Assembly: GCA_011048995.1 (NCBI GenBank)
Contig: DSCS01000025.1
Span: forward strand, 3,444-67,443
DNA length: 64,000 bases
Source of the DNA: Bacillota bacterium
Lineage (GTDB): Bacteria; Macinerneyibacteriota; Macinerneyibacteria; Macinerneyibacteriales; DSCS01
Direction: 5' to 3'
Made by a program: the position numbers and the translations under genes. Below the pieces are notes generated by a model. That model ran no database searches and had not been told where the DNA came from. It saw only the letters and a program-made list of their open reading frames with translations. Below are positions 9,910 to 19,394 of this stretch, piece by piece. Every line of letters begins with the position of its first letter. Positions within the stretch are counted from its first letter, which is position 1.

Positions 9910-11671
9910 TCGCCCCCTCCTTTCCGTAATTGAACAATATACCGGACAAATATTCCTTATTATAACGCTGGAAATGGTCGCTGATGAGATGAACATCATT
10001 GAACTGAAAGCTGGACTGGACGATCTGTTTACATTTATCATATTCCACGGCACGGATGATTTTTTTCATTTCCAGGAGATTGGACGGGGCCACGGAAAGA
10101 GTATCCAGGTCCATTCCGATAAGAAGCAACGCATATTCGGCCATTCCCGCCATCTGTCCGCACATGGCGACCGGGATTCCGTTTTGATGGCCGTTGTTGA
10201 CCGTCATTTTTATGAGTCTTAAAATCGCAGGATGAATAGGGTTATAAAGATAGGAGATCTTTTCATTGACCCGGTCTACGGCCAAAGTATATTGAATGAG
10301 GTCATTGGTCCCGATGCTGAAAAAATCAACCTCTGTAGCCAAAATATCCGAGATCACCGCAGCAGAAGGAATCTCGATCATAATCCCGACTTTGATCTCC
10401 TCATCAAATTCGGTTCCCCGCTCCTTTAACTCATCCATTGCCTCACCCAGAACCGCTTTTGCCTGGCGCAGTTCATCCACTCCTGAAATCATGGGAAACA
10501 TGATCCGTATATTTTTCAGTTTTGAAGCCCTCAGAATCGCTTTGAGCTGTGTCTTAAAAAAATCCTTGTACTCCAGGCAAAGCCGTATTCCCCGGAGCCC
10601 CAAAAAAGGGTTCATCTCTTTTGGGACTTCAAAGTGCGAAATAAACTTGTCTCCGCCTAAGTCCGCAGTGCGGATAACGACTTCTTTAGGGTAGATGATC
10701 TGGGAAATATATTGATAGGTCTCCGCCTGTTCCTCTTCTGTGGGGAGGATATTGCGCATAAAAAGATATTCTGTCCTGAAAAGCCCGACCCCGTCTGCGC
10801 CGTAACTGTTCACCAAATCAGCTTCATTGACCAGCTCCATATTGATCTCTAATTTGATTCTTTTCCCGTCCCGTGTCACGGCTTCTTCATTTCGAAGTTT
10901 TTCCAGGCTTTTGATATAGCGGACATATTCACGGCGCAAGGTCTGATAGGCCTTGACCGTCTCTTCATCAGGGTCGATAATAACTCTATTACTGTTGGAA
11001 TCGACAATGATCAAATCGTCCGGGCGGACCTCTGACAGAATATTCGATACCCCCACGATTGCAGGGACTTCAAGAGAGCGGGCCATAATCGCTGCATGAG
11101 ATGTCGTTCCCCCGACTTCAGTGACCAACCCCCCGATACGCTTTTTCCCTAATTCCACCATATCCGAGGGAGAAATATTATGAGCGATAATGATCAAGTC
11201 TGTATGATCGCCTGCTAATTCCGGGGCCATCTGTATCCCTAAATAGTTTTTTAAGATCCTTTTCCCCACATCCAAAAGATCATTGGCCCGTTCTTTTAAA
11301 TATTCATCGGGCATATTTTCAAAGATCTGAACCAAGCTGTTCAGGGTCTCCGTGAAGGCATAATCAATGGAGACACTTTCTTCTCTGGCATTTTTAATGG
11401 CTTTTTCCACTAAATTAGGATCATTGACCAGTAAAATATGGGCATCGAAAATAGCTGATTCTTCAATGCCGATCTCATGTCTCACGGTATTTTTAATCTT
11501 TTTCAGTTCCCTTTTGGTCTTTTCTACCGCTTTTTGAAAAAGAACGATCTGCTCTTCCAGTTCTTTTTCACCGGCATGAGCGCGCTTAATATTAAACCCC
11601 GTCCCTTTCAGCGGAAGGGCATGCCCGATTGCAATTCCCGAGGATGAAGGAATCCCGCGAAAAACTTTCAC
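9902..11671 (-). CDS. ptsI: PTS enzyme I
   Basis: GGTTSHAAIMARSL phospho-His motif, GVGLFRTE, FFSIGTNDLIQY; GTG start VKVFRGIP. Confidence 0.97.
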   Translation of the reverse strand: MKVFRGIPSSSGIAIGHALPLKGTGFNIKRAHAGEKELEEQIVLFQKAVEKTKRELKKIKNTVRHEIGIEESAIFDAHILLVNDPNLVEKAIKNAREESVSIDYAFTETLNSLVQIFENMPDEYLKERANDLLDVGKRILKNYLGIQMAPELAGDHTDLIIIAHNISPSDMVELGKKRIGGLVTEVGGTTSHAAIMARSLEVPAIVGVSNILSEVRPDDLIIVDSNSNRVIIDPDEETVKAYQTLRREYVRYIKSLEKLRNEEAVTRDGKRIKLEINMELVNEADLVNSYGADGVGLFRTEYLFMRNILPTEEEQAETYQYISQIIYPKEVVIRTADLGGDKFISHFEVPKEMNPFLGLRGIRLCLEYKDFFKTQLKAILRASKLKNIRIMFPMISGVDELRQAKAVLGEAMDELKERGTEFDEEIKVGIMIEIPSAAVISDILATEVDFFSIGTNDLIQYTLAVDRVNEKISYLYNPIHPAILRLIKMTVNNGHQNGIPVAMCGQMAGMAEYALLLIGMDLDTLSVAPSNLLEMKKIIRAVEYDKCKQIVQSSFQFNDVHLISDHFQRYNKEYLSGILFNYGKEGANE

Positions 11672-11675
11672 CCGT

Positions 11676-11945
11676 CTACTCTCCTTCCCCGAACTTGTCT
11701 TTGATGAGATTCTCAACAGCTTCCATAGCCTCCTCCTCATCATCGCCTTCGGTCTTCAATGTCACCACCTGGCCTTGAGAGACAGCCAGCATCATCACTC
11801 CGAGAATGCTTTTGGCATTGACATTTTGATTTTTGTATTCAATAAAGATCTCCGCATGGAACTTTGTCGCTTCCTGCACTAACAGAGCGGCTGCACGGGC
11901 ATGCAGCCCTAATTTGTTCACGATCTCCACCTCTTTTTTCAGCAT
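11676..11945 (-). CDS. ptsH: Phosphocarrier protein HPr
   Basis: GLHARAA (His15) and NAKSILGVMML (Ser46). Confidence 0.96.
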   Translation of the reverse strand: MLKKEVEIVNKLGLHARAAALLVQEATKFHAEIFIEYKNQNVNAKSILGVMMLAVSQGQVVTLKTEGDDEEEAMEAVENLIKDKFGEGE

Positions 11946-12673
11946 AGTATTCCCCCCAGAAGTAAGATAACCATTGTCAACCCCAGAATCAGAATATTGG
12001 GCATTCTTCGTATAAGAAAGATGATTAAGACAGAAGAGAGAAGAACAGGCCACCCGTATCCCAAACCTTCGGAAAACAGCCAAATGATACCCAATCCCCA
12101 AAATACACCCAGCAGCATTATAGCAGTCCTTCTTAAAAAATCCACTTTTTTCTGTATTTCAAGCTTCTTCAGGTAGATGATCAGCGAGCGTCCGTAGCGA
12201 TATCCCACATCCAGCCCTTTAAAGCGAAAAGCGATGTGAATCAGATTATAACCGCTCCAATACAGGATCAAACCAATCGCGGCCCCGACAGGAGCCGGGG
12301 CCATAAAAAGAAAGATAACCGTGCAGAGGATGAAAAAGGGCTTCAACCCTCCCCAGAAGAGAGAATCTCCCAAGGCAGCCAAAGGCCCCATGAGCTTCAG
12401 CTTTATATTTTCGATTTCTGAAAGCAGCTCCTCGTTCTGAGTCATCTCATACTCTTTTTCCAAACGGAGCACCGCTCCGATGATAAAGGAAGCCATAAAC
12501 GGATGCGTATTGAAATAGGTGTTGTAACGGCGCAGTTCTTTTTCACGCGATGAAGAACTCAAATGGCCTAACGGCGGGCTCAGAGCAAAGAAAAAACCTG
12601 TATTCATCATTTTATCGTAATTCCACAACAGCTGGATAAAAAAGGTGCGCAGGAATGTTATAAAATGGCCCAC
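11939..12673 (-). CDS. PTS mannose/fructose/sorbose family IID component
   Basis: WNYDKMMNTGF, FNTHP, LMGPLAALGDSLFW. Confidence 0.9.
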   Translation of the reverse strand: MGHFITFLRTFFIQLLWNYDKMMNTGFFFALSPPLGHLSSSSREKELRRYNTYFNTHPFMASFIIGAVLRLEKEYEMTQNEELLSEIENIKLKLMGPLAALGDSLFWGGLKPFFILCTVIFLFMAPAPVGAAIGLILYWSGYNLIHIAFRFKGLDVGYRYGRSLIIYLKKLEIQKKVDFLRRTAIMLLGVFWGLGIIWLFSEGLGYGWPVLLSSVLIIFLIRRMPNILILGLTMVILLLGGILC

Positions 12674-13350
12674 AAAATCCCTCCGGCAGTAAGCCCGGCC
12701 AGAATGCCTCCCACTAAATAGGGGTTATTCTTTCTGTCATTAAACCGGTCAAGAAGAAAAAGAACCGTCATTACAGGCATGGCTTTCCATATCATCAGCA
12801 GATAATGCTCCTGAAAGAAATTCTGCCATAAAGGAGCCGACCAGACAGCGATCTTATGAACACTCCAGGAGAGGAGAAGAATGCTGACCCAGTTGATAAA
12901 AACAAACACTCCTGCGGAGACAAGCCCCTGCCCCAGGAAGAAAGAATATTTCCCATGCTTTCCAAAGGCTTCAAAAGCGGCCTCTGCCCACTCATTATGC
13001 AGTTTTCGGAAAAAATGGTCGATACTGCGTCCCCAATACCCTGCAATAACAGACGGGAAAAAGAGGGCCGGCATCACCCAGGCCCCATCTCCCCGGGTCA
13101 AAAGAAAGCCTCCCCAAAAGACAGCTCCTGAAAAGGCCGCTGAAGGAGGAATAGAGGCCCCGACAGCCAGACGCCCCAAAAAAATAAATTCCAGGTTCAT
13201 GCCGGCGGTTATCCCCTCTGCCGTGTGGCCGCTGACAGCCCCCAGCAAGGGAAGCATAAAGAGAGGCTCTGAAAGCATAAACTGGCCGATATAAGTCATA
13301 TCAAGGATTAAAAAGGCTGCAAGAAGAGTGGAGAGAAAATAAAGTGTCAT
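12658..13350 (-). CDS. PTS mannose family IIC component (divergent)
   Basis: LD...GQFMLSEPL, LEFIFLG..AVGASIPP; sits between IIB and IID. Confidence 0.82.
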   Translation of the reverse strand: MTLYFLSTLLAAFLILDMTYIGQFMLSEPLFMLPLLGAVSGHTAEGITAGMNLEFIFLGRLAVGASIPPSAAFSGAVFWGGFLLTRGDGAWVMPALFFPSVIAGYWGRSIDHFFRKLHNEWAEAAFEAFGKHGKYSFFLGQGLVSAGVFVFINWVSILLLSWSVHKIAVWSAPLWQNFFQEHYLLMIWKAMPVMTVLFLLDRFNDRKNNPYLVGGILAGLTAGGILWAIL

Positions 13351-13820
13351 AACAATTGCAGGAAATCACTTTTTTTATCGGTGGGGACAATGCGCCCTTC
13401 TATCTTTATCCCCTGCCGGGCCAAACTTTTTATTTTTTCAATATCGGTGTCATCCAAATAAACCGCCCGGGTCACTTGCTCTTTTCCCGGGGAAAACCGC
13501 ATGCCGCCCACATTTAACTCATCGATTTGAATTCCCCGTCCGACAAGATGCTCCACGACTTCGGGAGTCCGGACAAGGACGATCGTGCGGAGTTTTTTGT
13601 CCCGGGACAATGAAGGAAGTTTTTTAACTGCTTCATGCTCGCTGAAAATATTAAGCTGCAAATCATAAGGCGCGCTCATCTCCATGAGCGTTCTGTCAAA
13701 TTCATTCGCTGCCACTTCATCATCGACCACAAGCAGATGATTGGCTTCCAGGGCATTTTTCCACCCTACCGCCACCTGGCCGTGAACCAATCTGTCATCA
13801 ACCCGAAACAATAAGATCAT
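13347..13820 (-). CDS. PTS mannose family IIB component
   Basis: RVDDRLVHGQV phospho-His motif; LNVGGM. Confidence 0.93.
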   Translation of the reverse strand: MILLFRVDDRLVHGQVAVGWKNALEANHLLVVDDEVAANEFDRTLMEMSAPYDLQLNIFSEHEAVKKLPSLSRDKKLRTIVLVRTPEVVEHLVGRGIQIDELNVGGMRFSPGKEQVTRAVYLDDTDIEKIKSLARQGIKIEGRIVPTDKKSDFLQLL

Positions 13821-13821
13821 A

Positions 13822-14229
13822 TCACTCCTCTTTCCGCTCCTGCCACTCTCTCTTCATATCAATAACCGAACGAACGCCTTCTTTTCCTATCATATCCCGA
13901 ATCGCTTCGGGTTTCAATGTGAACTTTGCCGAGTAAAAAGCAATGAGCATTGGAAGGTTTACGCCTGCAAAGGCATAGACAGAATCCCTGTCCAAAAAAC
14001 GCATGACGGTATTGGCACAACTTCCTCCGAAAATATCCGTAAAGATAAAAAGAGCCTCCCCGCTATGGCTTTGTATATGCTGTTCCACCTTTTGCCGATA
14101 AAGGGAGATGGAATCTCCGGGATAGAACCCCAGGACATGGACATCTTCCATTTTTCCGACGATCATTTCCGCCGAAGCCAAGAGGGCTTCGCCCAATTCC
14201 CCATGGGTTAAAATATAAGCTTCAATCAT
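13822..14229 (-). CDS. PTS mannose family IIA component
   Basis: ILTHGELG, TDIFGGS, GVNLPML. Confidence 0.92.
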   Translation of the reverse strand: MIEAYILTHGELGEALLASAEMIVGKMEDVHVLGFYPGDSISLYRQKVEQHIQSHSGEALFIFTDIFGGSCANTVMRFLDRDSVYAFAGVNLPMLIAFYSAKFTLKPEAIRDMIGKEGVRSVIDMKREWQERKEE

Positions 14230-15116
14230 GCCTCCTCCTTCCATCGCTCATACAAGAGCACAATTCTCTTCAGACGGGAAGAGACCCCTCCCTTTGACAA
14301 CGGGGGACGGGCCAGTTTTCCCAGCTCTGACAAGGTCAATGACGGGTGTTCCAGACGCAGCCAAGCGACTTCCCGAAGAGGAGCCGGAAGAGACTCCAGC
14401 CCGGGGCCGTTTTTCAGTTCTTCCAAGACCGGACGCATGCGCTCATACCCGTTGACCTGGCGGGTCAAATTAGCCATGCTGTAATTCGTCAGCCGCACAG
14501 TGCTATTTTTATCTTTTTTGAAATCTCTGTATTGAGATAGTTTTTCTACCATAGCCCGACAATGAATATGAGTCAAAAAAAAGATCAGATTCTCTCCCCC
14601 TTTAATCAGAAAGCGCCCGGGATAAATATAAAATTTCACATTCCATTGATTCAATGTAGAAAGCAACATGTCAGTAAAGGGGCCGGGCTCGCGGATCTCC
14701 AGCTGGTATCCTTCTTCAAAATTAACCAGATACCCTTTATATAGGACCGTCTCCCGTACAAATTGGACAAGACAGCAGGAAGAAGAGACAGAGACATCGG
14801 GCATAAACTCATCTTCAGCAGAAAAGAGGTTCAGCTCCTGCCAAATAGGGCGAGGAGCAAAGATTTGCACCCAATACTTTTTATCATCAAAAAGGATCTC
14901 TAATTCTTTTTGTCGGGGAAAGGCGCTTTTAAAGATCCGGATCGTCCTTCTGAGAAGAGCCGGATCTTCTTTTTTAAATTCCACCATAAGCCCGCGCTTC
15001 GTAATATGAAAAGAACCATAAAGGCGCAAGGCCACTTTCAAGGCTGTGATCAGACAACATCGCTGTCCGGGTATTTCATTTTTGATCTGCTCCCTCAGGA
15101 TCTCATTGGCTTTCAT
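14226..15116 (-). CDS. whiA: WhiA family DNA-binding protein
   Basis: GYQLEI in a degenerate LAGLIDADG-like region; RLTNYSMANL; C-terminal HTH LRLEHPSLTLSELG...SKGGVSSRLKRI. Confidence 0.8.
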   Translation of the reverse strand: MKANEILREQIKNEIPGQRCCLITALKVALRLYGSFHITKRGLMVEFKKEDPALLRRTIRIFKSAFPRQKELEILFDDKKYWVQIFAPRPIWQELNLFSAEDEFMPDVSVSSSCCLVQFVRETVLYKGYLVNFEEGYQLEIREPGPFTDMLLSTLNQWNVKFYIYPGRFLIKGGENLIFFLTHIHCRAMVEKLSQYRDFKKDKNSTVRLTNYSMANLTRQVNGYERMRPVLEELKNGPGLESLPAPLREVAWLRLEHPSLTLSELGKLARPPLSKGGVSSRLKRIVLLYERWKEEA

Positions 15117-16062
15117 GATTTCTGCGTGTTTTTTCCCTGATCTGTTTCATCATGGATGTAGCCAATTTCATCGGGGTGTCATAGCCTCTTTTTTTCGCGT
15201 ATTCATTTTTAGCGATGACTTCTATGACGGTGCTGATGCTTTTCCCCGGAGTCACGGGAACCGTATACATGGGAAGGTCCATCCCTAATAAGCGAAAATG
15301 TTCACGGTCGATTCCCAGCCGCTCAAAATGCTTTTTCTTATCAAAAAGAACCAAATTGACGACACAATCAACCTTTTTCTCCTCAGTGACAGCTTTTAAT
15401 CCGTAAAGCTCTTTAATATCAATGATTCCCACACCGCGGATTTCGATATAATGGCGGGCCATCTCTTTGGACTCTCCCAACAGCCTGTTTTTAATGCGTC
15501 TGATCACAATACTGTCGTCAGCTACCAGACGATAGCCCCTTCGGACAAGTTCCAAAGCACATTCGCTTTTCCCTATCCCGCTCTCTCCGATAATAAGCAC
15601 TCCCTGCTCAGCAACGTCGACAAAGCAGCCGTGAACCAGGGTTTCCCGGGCAAACAGTTCTTCCAGAATATCCAGAAGGGAGAATTGAAGCTCCTGATAA
15701 GGAAGGGATAAAAGAAAAAGAGGGATCTGATTTTTTCGGGCAAAAGCTTCCAGGTCCCCGTCACAATGGACGCTGTGCTGAAGAATAAAAGCCAAAGCTT
15801 TGACTTTGACGAATTGCTGAAGGACATCCGCCTTTTTTTCTTTGGAGAGCGTGCTGAAAAATGCGACTTCCCGTTTTGTCAAAATGATGAGGCGCTCTTC
15901 GGGGAAATAATCCCAATATCCTGCCAGAGCAATACCGGGTGAAACAAAAATGGGGGAAGAAACAGGCTTATTCAGCCATTCTTTCTCCCCCCGGAATTCA
16001 AAGGGAAGGTCATTTTTCTCAAGTTCGCGGTAAAGATCCCAAACCGTGACATTTTTTTCCAT
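15103..16062 (-). CDS. hprK: HPr kinase/phosphorylase
   Basis: HGCFVDV, GESGIGKSE, LVADD, IEIRGVGII. Confidence 0.95.
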   Translation of the reverse strand: MEKNVTVWDLYRELEKNDLPFEFRGEKEWLNKPVSSPIFVSPGIALAGYWDYFPEERLIILTKREVAFFSTLSKEKKADVLQQFVKVKALAFILQHSVHCDGDLEAFARKNQIPLFLLSLPYQELQFSLLDILEELFARETLVHGCFVDVAEQGVLIIGESGIGKSECALELVRRGYRLVADDSIVIRRIKNRLLGESKEMARHYIEIRGVGIIDIKELYGLKAVTEEKKVDCVVNLVLFDKKKHFERLGIDREHFRLLGMDLPMYTVPVTPGKSISTVIEVIAKNEYAKKRGYDTPMKLATSMMKQIREKTRRNHESQ

Positions 16063-16064
16063 AA

Positions 16065-16607
16065 TCAGAATTTAGGATCGATCAACCCGAAATTCCCGTC
16101 CTTTCTTCGATAAAGAACATTGACCCTCTTGCGGGCTTCATTGAAAAAAACCAGAAAATCATTATCCAAAAGGTCCAGCTCCAACGCGGCTTCTTCCACA
16201 AAGAGAGGTTTTTTGACATAACGGTCGACCTGGATCACATGATGCCCCCCGGAGACTTCGACTCCTTCCAGAAGAGATTTCTCCGCGATCTCGCCCAGGG
16301 ACTCCCCGCCCCGTTTTTTTGCGATGTTCTTGTCTTTGATCTTCTTCAGTTTCCGGGCCAGAATATCCATACAGGAATCAATTGATTTATAGAGGTCATC
16401 TGTCTCTTCAGAGACATGCAGCGTACTGCCGGCTGTCTGCAATGTCACTTCGGCGATATGCCTTAATTTTTCGACACTGAGAATAACATTCGCAGACACA
16501 ATATGATCATTAAAATGCTCCAATTTAGTGATCTTTTCTTCCAGATAATCCTTAATAGCATCGGTTACCTTAATCGTTCGTCCGGTCACACTCATTTTAA
16601 CAGCCAT
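16065..16607 (-). CDS. hpf: Ribosome hibernation promoting factor (long HPF)
   Basis: VTDAIKDYLEEKI, DLYKSID, C-terminal VNVLYRRKDGNFGLIDP. Confidence 0.93.
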   Translation of the reverse strand: MAVKMSVTGRTIKVTDAIKDYLEEKITKLEHFNDHIVSANVILSVEKLRHIAEVTLQTAGSTLHVSEETDDLYKSIDSCMDILARKLKKIKDKNIAKKRGGESLGEIAEKSLLEGVEVSGGHHVIQVDRYVKKPLFVEEAALELDLLDNDFLVFFNEARKRVNVLYRRKDGNFGLIDPKF

Positions 16608-16676
16608 AAGGCCTCCTTTCGACAATCGAGCATTTTATTTCCGTCACACAGGCCTGCAAGCAGGCCTCTATTCTTC

Positions 16677-16705
16677 ATTATACACCTGCCGACGCTCCCT
16701 TTCAA
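16677..16705 (-). promoter_or_regulatory. Sigma-70 promoter for hpf-hprK-whiA-PTS-fhs
   Basis: TTGAAA-17-TATAAT. Confidence 0.7.
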
Positions 16706-16713
16706 CGGGATTT

Positions 16714-18036
16714 TCAAGCCATATGAATCGCTTTTCCCAGAGCGCCCTCAGCAGCTTCGGCCACGGCTTCACTCAGTGTCGGATGAGCATGGACCGTTCG
16801 GGCAATATCGCTTAAGGTCAAATGATTCTCGATGGCCAATGCGCCCTCATGAATAAGGTCTGACGCATGGGGTCCCATGATCTCCATTCCGATGACTTTC
16901 TCTGACGCATCCCCTATGATCCGGACATAGCCCTCGGATTCCCCGACGCCTAACGCTTTGCCGTTGGCTGAAAAAGGGAACTTCCCTTCTACGGCCCCTT
17001 CTGCAGAGCCGACCACGGCAATCTCAGGATAAGTAAAAACCGCCCAGGGGATGGCATTATAATTGACGCGGCTTTTTTCTCCGGCAATATTTTCTACGGC
17101 GACAATCCCTTCTTTGGATGCGGTATGAGCCAATTGTGGCGTGTCTAAAAGATCCCCGATAGCATAAACACCGGGAAGCGAGGTCTCCATGGATTCCGAC
17201 ACGACGATACAGCCGTTATGGGTTTTAATACCTGACTTTTCGGTATCTATGCCCTGTAAAACGGGGCGCCGTCCGATAGCGACTAATAACCGGTCAGCAT
17301 GAATCTCTGTTCCGTCATCCAAAATGATTTCCCCGCGGGATACTTTTTCTGCTTTTTTTGATGTATGGATTTCCGCGCCCTTTTTCTTTAAAATGGATTT
17401 TAGACGGTTTCCGATCTTTTTATCTAAAGTGGGCAGTAAAGAGTGCTGCATCTCGATCAGCGAGACCTGAACACCCAGCAAGGTGTAAATACTGGCAAAT
17501 TCGACACCGATGACACCGCCTCCGATAATGGCCAGAGACGAAAGGGGCTTGTCATAATCAAGCAGCTCTGTGCTGTTCAGGGTAAAATCGGGTATTTGCA
17601 GAACGTCGGGAATGAACGGCGCTGAGCCGGTGGCCAGGATAACATGTCTCCCTTTGACCTGCTTTCCGTTGACTTCCACCGTTTGGGCATCGACCAGGCG
17701 CCCCTCTCCTGTGATGAGTTCTATTTTTCTCTTCTGAAAAAGCATTTCAATCCCGTTGACAAGCTGATCGACGACCTTGTTTTTCCTTTCCACCATACGG
17801 GCCACATCAAAGGAGATCTCTCCTGTGATATCGATACCGAAATGGGATGCTTCTTTCATCTTATAAAAAAGCTCGGCCATGGCCACATATGTTTTTGTCG
17901 GGATACAGCCGACATTGAGGCAAGTCCCCCCGACCCTTTTCTTTTCAATGACCGTGACATCCATTCCCAGCTGGGCGGCGCGGATCGCAGCCACATACCC
18001 CCCGGGTCCGGCCCCTATAATAATAATATCTTTCAT
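16714..18036 (-). CDS. lpdA: Dihydrolipoyl dehydrogenase
   Basis: GAGPGGYVAA, GGTCLNVGCIP, GGGVIGVE, HAHPTLSE. Confidence 0.95.
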   Translation of the reverse strand: MKDIIIIGAGPGGYVAAIRAAQLGMDVTVIEKKRVGGTCLNVGCIPTKTYVAMAELFYKMKEASHFGIDITGEISFDVARMVERKNKVVDQLVNGIEMLFQKRKIELITGEGRLVDAQTVEVNGKQVKGRHVILATGSAPFIPDVLQIPDFTLNSTELLDYDKPLSSLAIIGGGVIGVEFASIYTLLGVQVSLIEMQHSLLPTLDKKIGNRLKSILKKKGAEIHTSKKAEKVSRGEIILDDGTEIHADRLLVAIGRRPVLQGIDTEKSGIKTHNGCIVVSESMETSLPGVYAIGDLLDTPQLAHTASKEGIVAVENIAGEKSRVNYNAIPWAVFTYPEIAVVGSAEGAVEGKFPFSANGKALGVGESEGYVRIIGDASEKVIGMEIMGPHASDLIHEGALAIENHLTLSDIARTVHAHPTLSEAVAEAAEGALGKAIHMA

Positions 18037-19394
18037 CGTCTGCGCTCCTTCCTCGGGGGGATATGAATCAGCCCCCTGTATTTATTGACAGCCCTGCGGC
18101 TGACCTGATATCCCATTTGGTCCAGTTTCTTCGCAATTTCATCATCAGTCAGCGGTTGTTTTTTATCTTCCTTGTCGACCATCTCTTTCAGCGCTTTGAG
18201 AATAACGGTCCTGGAGACATCTTCCCCGCTTGAAGAAGAGACCGCCCCGCCGACCCCTTTAAAAAAAATACCCAAGGGAAAAAGGCCGAAATCCGTTTGA
18301 ACAAATTTATCTTTAACAGCGCGGCTGACTGTCGAGGGATGAACACTCATCTGCTCAGCTGCCTCGGCCTGGCTTAAAGGTCTCAGGCCGTCTAGACCCT
18401 GTTCAAAGAAGGAAGATTGCTTTTCAATAAGCATCTCCCCCAATTTGAAAAGAGTTTCCCGCCGGCGTTCTAATGCTGTTTTAATCATCATATAATTCTG
18501 ATAATACTTCCTTAAAAATTTCTTGTCCTGCTGACCCATATCGGGAGACTGCATCATACGGACATATTGAGAATTCAACGTAAAGTAGGCCTGATATTTT
18601 TGGCTGACCTCCACTCGAAACCCTTTTTCATCCCGCCAAATGAAGAGATCGGGGACAAGAGCCGTCACAGGGGTTTCTTCATCCGGAACCGGCCGGGGGG
18701 AGAGGGAATTCAAAATCCTTTCAAAGCGCTTTTTTTCTCCCGGGGAAAGCTCATAATCGTCTAAGGCTTTGTCAAAATCCTTTTTCCCGACAGCTTCAGA
18801 ATGCTTTGTGACGATCTCCTCCAGCAAGGGATCCTCAAGGCCGCGGGCGCGGAGCTGAAGCACAAAACATTCTCCATGTGTCCGGGCACCCAGGCCGGGA
18901 GGCGCCAAAAGAAAAAAAAGATGAAGGATCTCTTCAAAAAATTCCTCTGTGAGTGAATGCTTTTTTCTGAGGCTTTTGGCATCTGTCAAAAAACCTTCAT
19001 CATCAAGCTGTTCAACGATATCGGCAAGGATCTCTTCCTGCTGCGGTGATATCTTCGAAAGCCGAATATCCCGGAGCAGTTCCTCCTTCCAATCCCGGGG
19101 GCCGCTCAACTGCTCCAGCCACAGATCAGGACTGTAATCTTTAGGGAGATGAGAAGATGTGCTGTGGGAGTAGATCTCCCAATTCTCGTCAAAGCCGCTG
19201 AATGCCTCTTCCTCTTCAGGGAGAGCGACGCTTTCCTCATCCCGGGCGGGCTCTAAAAAAGGGTTCAATGAAGCTTCCTCTTTGAGATATTCCTGAAGTT
19301 CCAACTGATTCCGATTGAGCAACTCCAGGCTGATCTTCTGCATGACGTTAAGACTGAGCTGCTGTCTATGTTGTAAGATCAATTCATTTTTCAT
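18033..19394 (-). CDS. rpoN: RNA polymerase sigma-54 factor
   Basis: Gln/Leu-rich N-terminus, HPSTVSRA, EDKKQPLTD, RpoN-box variant SRRAVNKYR. Confidence 0.95.
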   Translation of the reverse strand: MKNELILQHRQQLSLNVMQKISLELLNRNQLELQEYLKEEASLNPFLEPARDEESVALPEEEEAFSGFDENWEIYSHSTSSHLPKDYSPDLWLEQLSGPRDWKEELLRDIRLSKISPQQEEILADIVEQLDDEGFLTDAKSLRKKHSLTEEFFEEILHLFFLLAPPGLGARTHGECFVLQLRARGLEDPLLEEIVTKHSEAVGKKDFDKALDDYELSPGEKKRFERILNSLSPRPVPDEETPVTALVPDLFIWRDEKGFRVEVSQKYQAYFTLNSQYVRMMQSPDMGQQDKKFLRKYYQNYMMIKTALERRRETLFKLGEMLIEKQSSFFEQGLDGLRPLSQAEAAEQMSVHPSTVSRAVKDKFVQTDFGLFPLGIFFKGVGGAVSSSSGEDVSRTVILKALKEMVDKEDKKQPLTDDEIAKKLDQMGYQVSRRAVNKYRGLIHIPPRKERRR

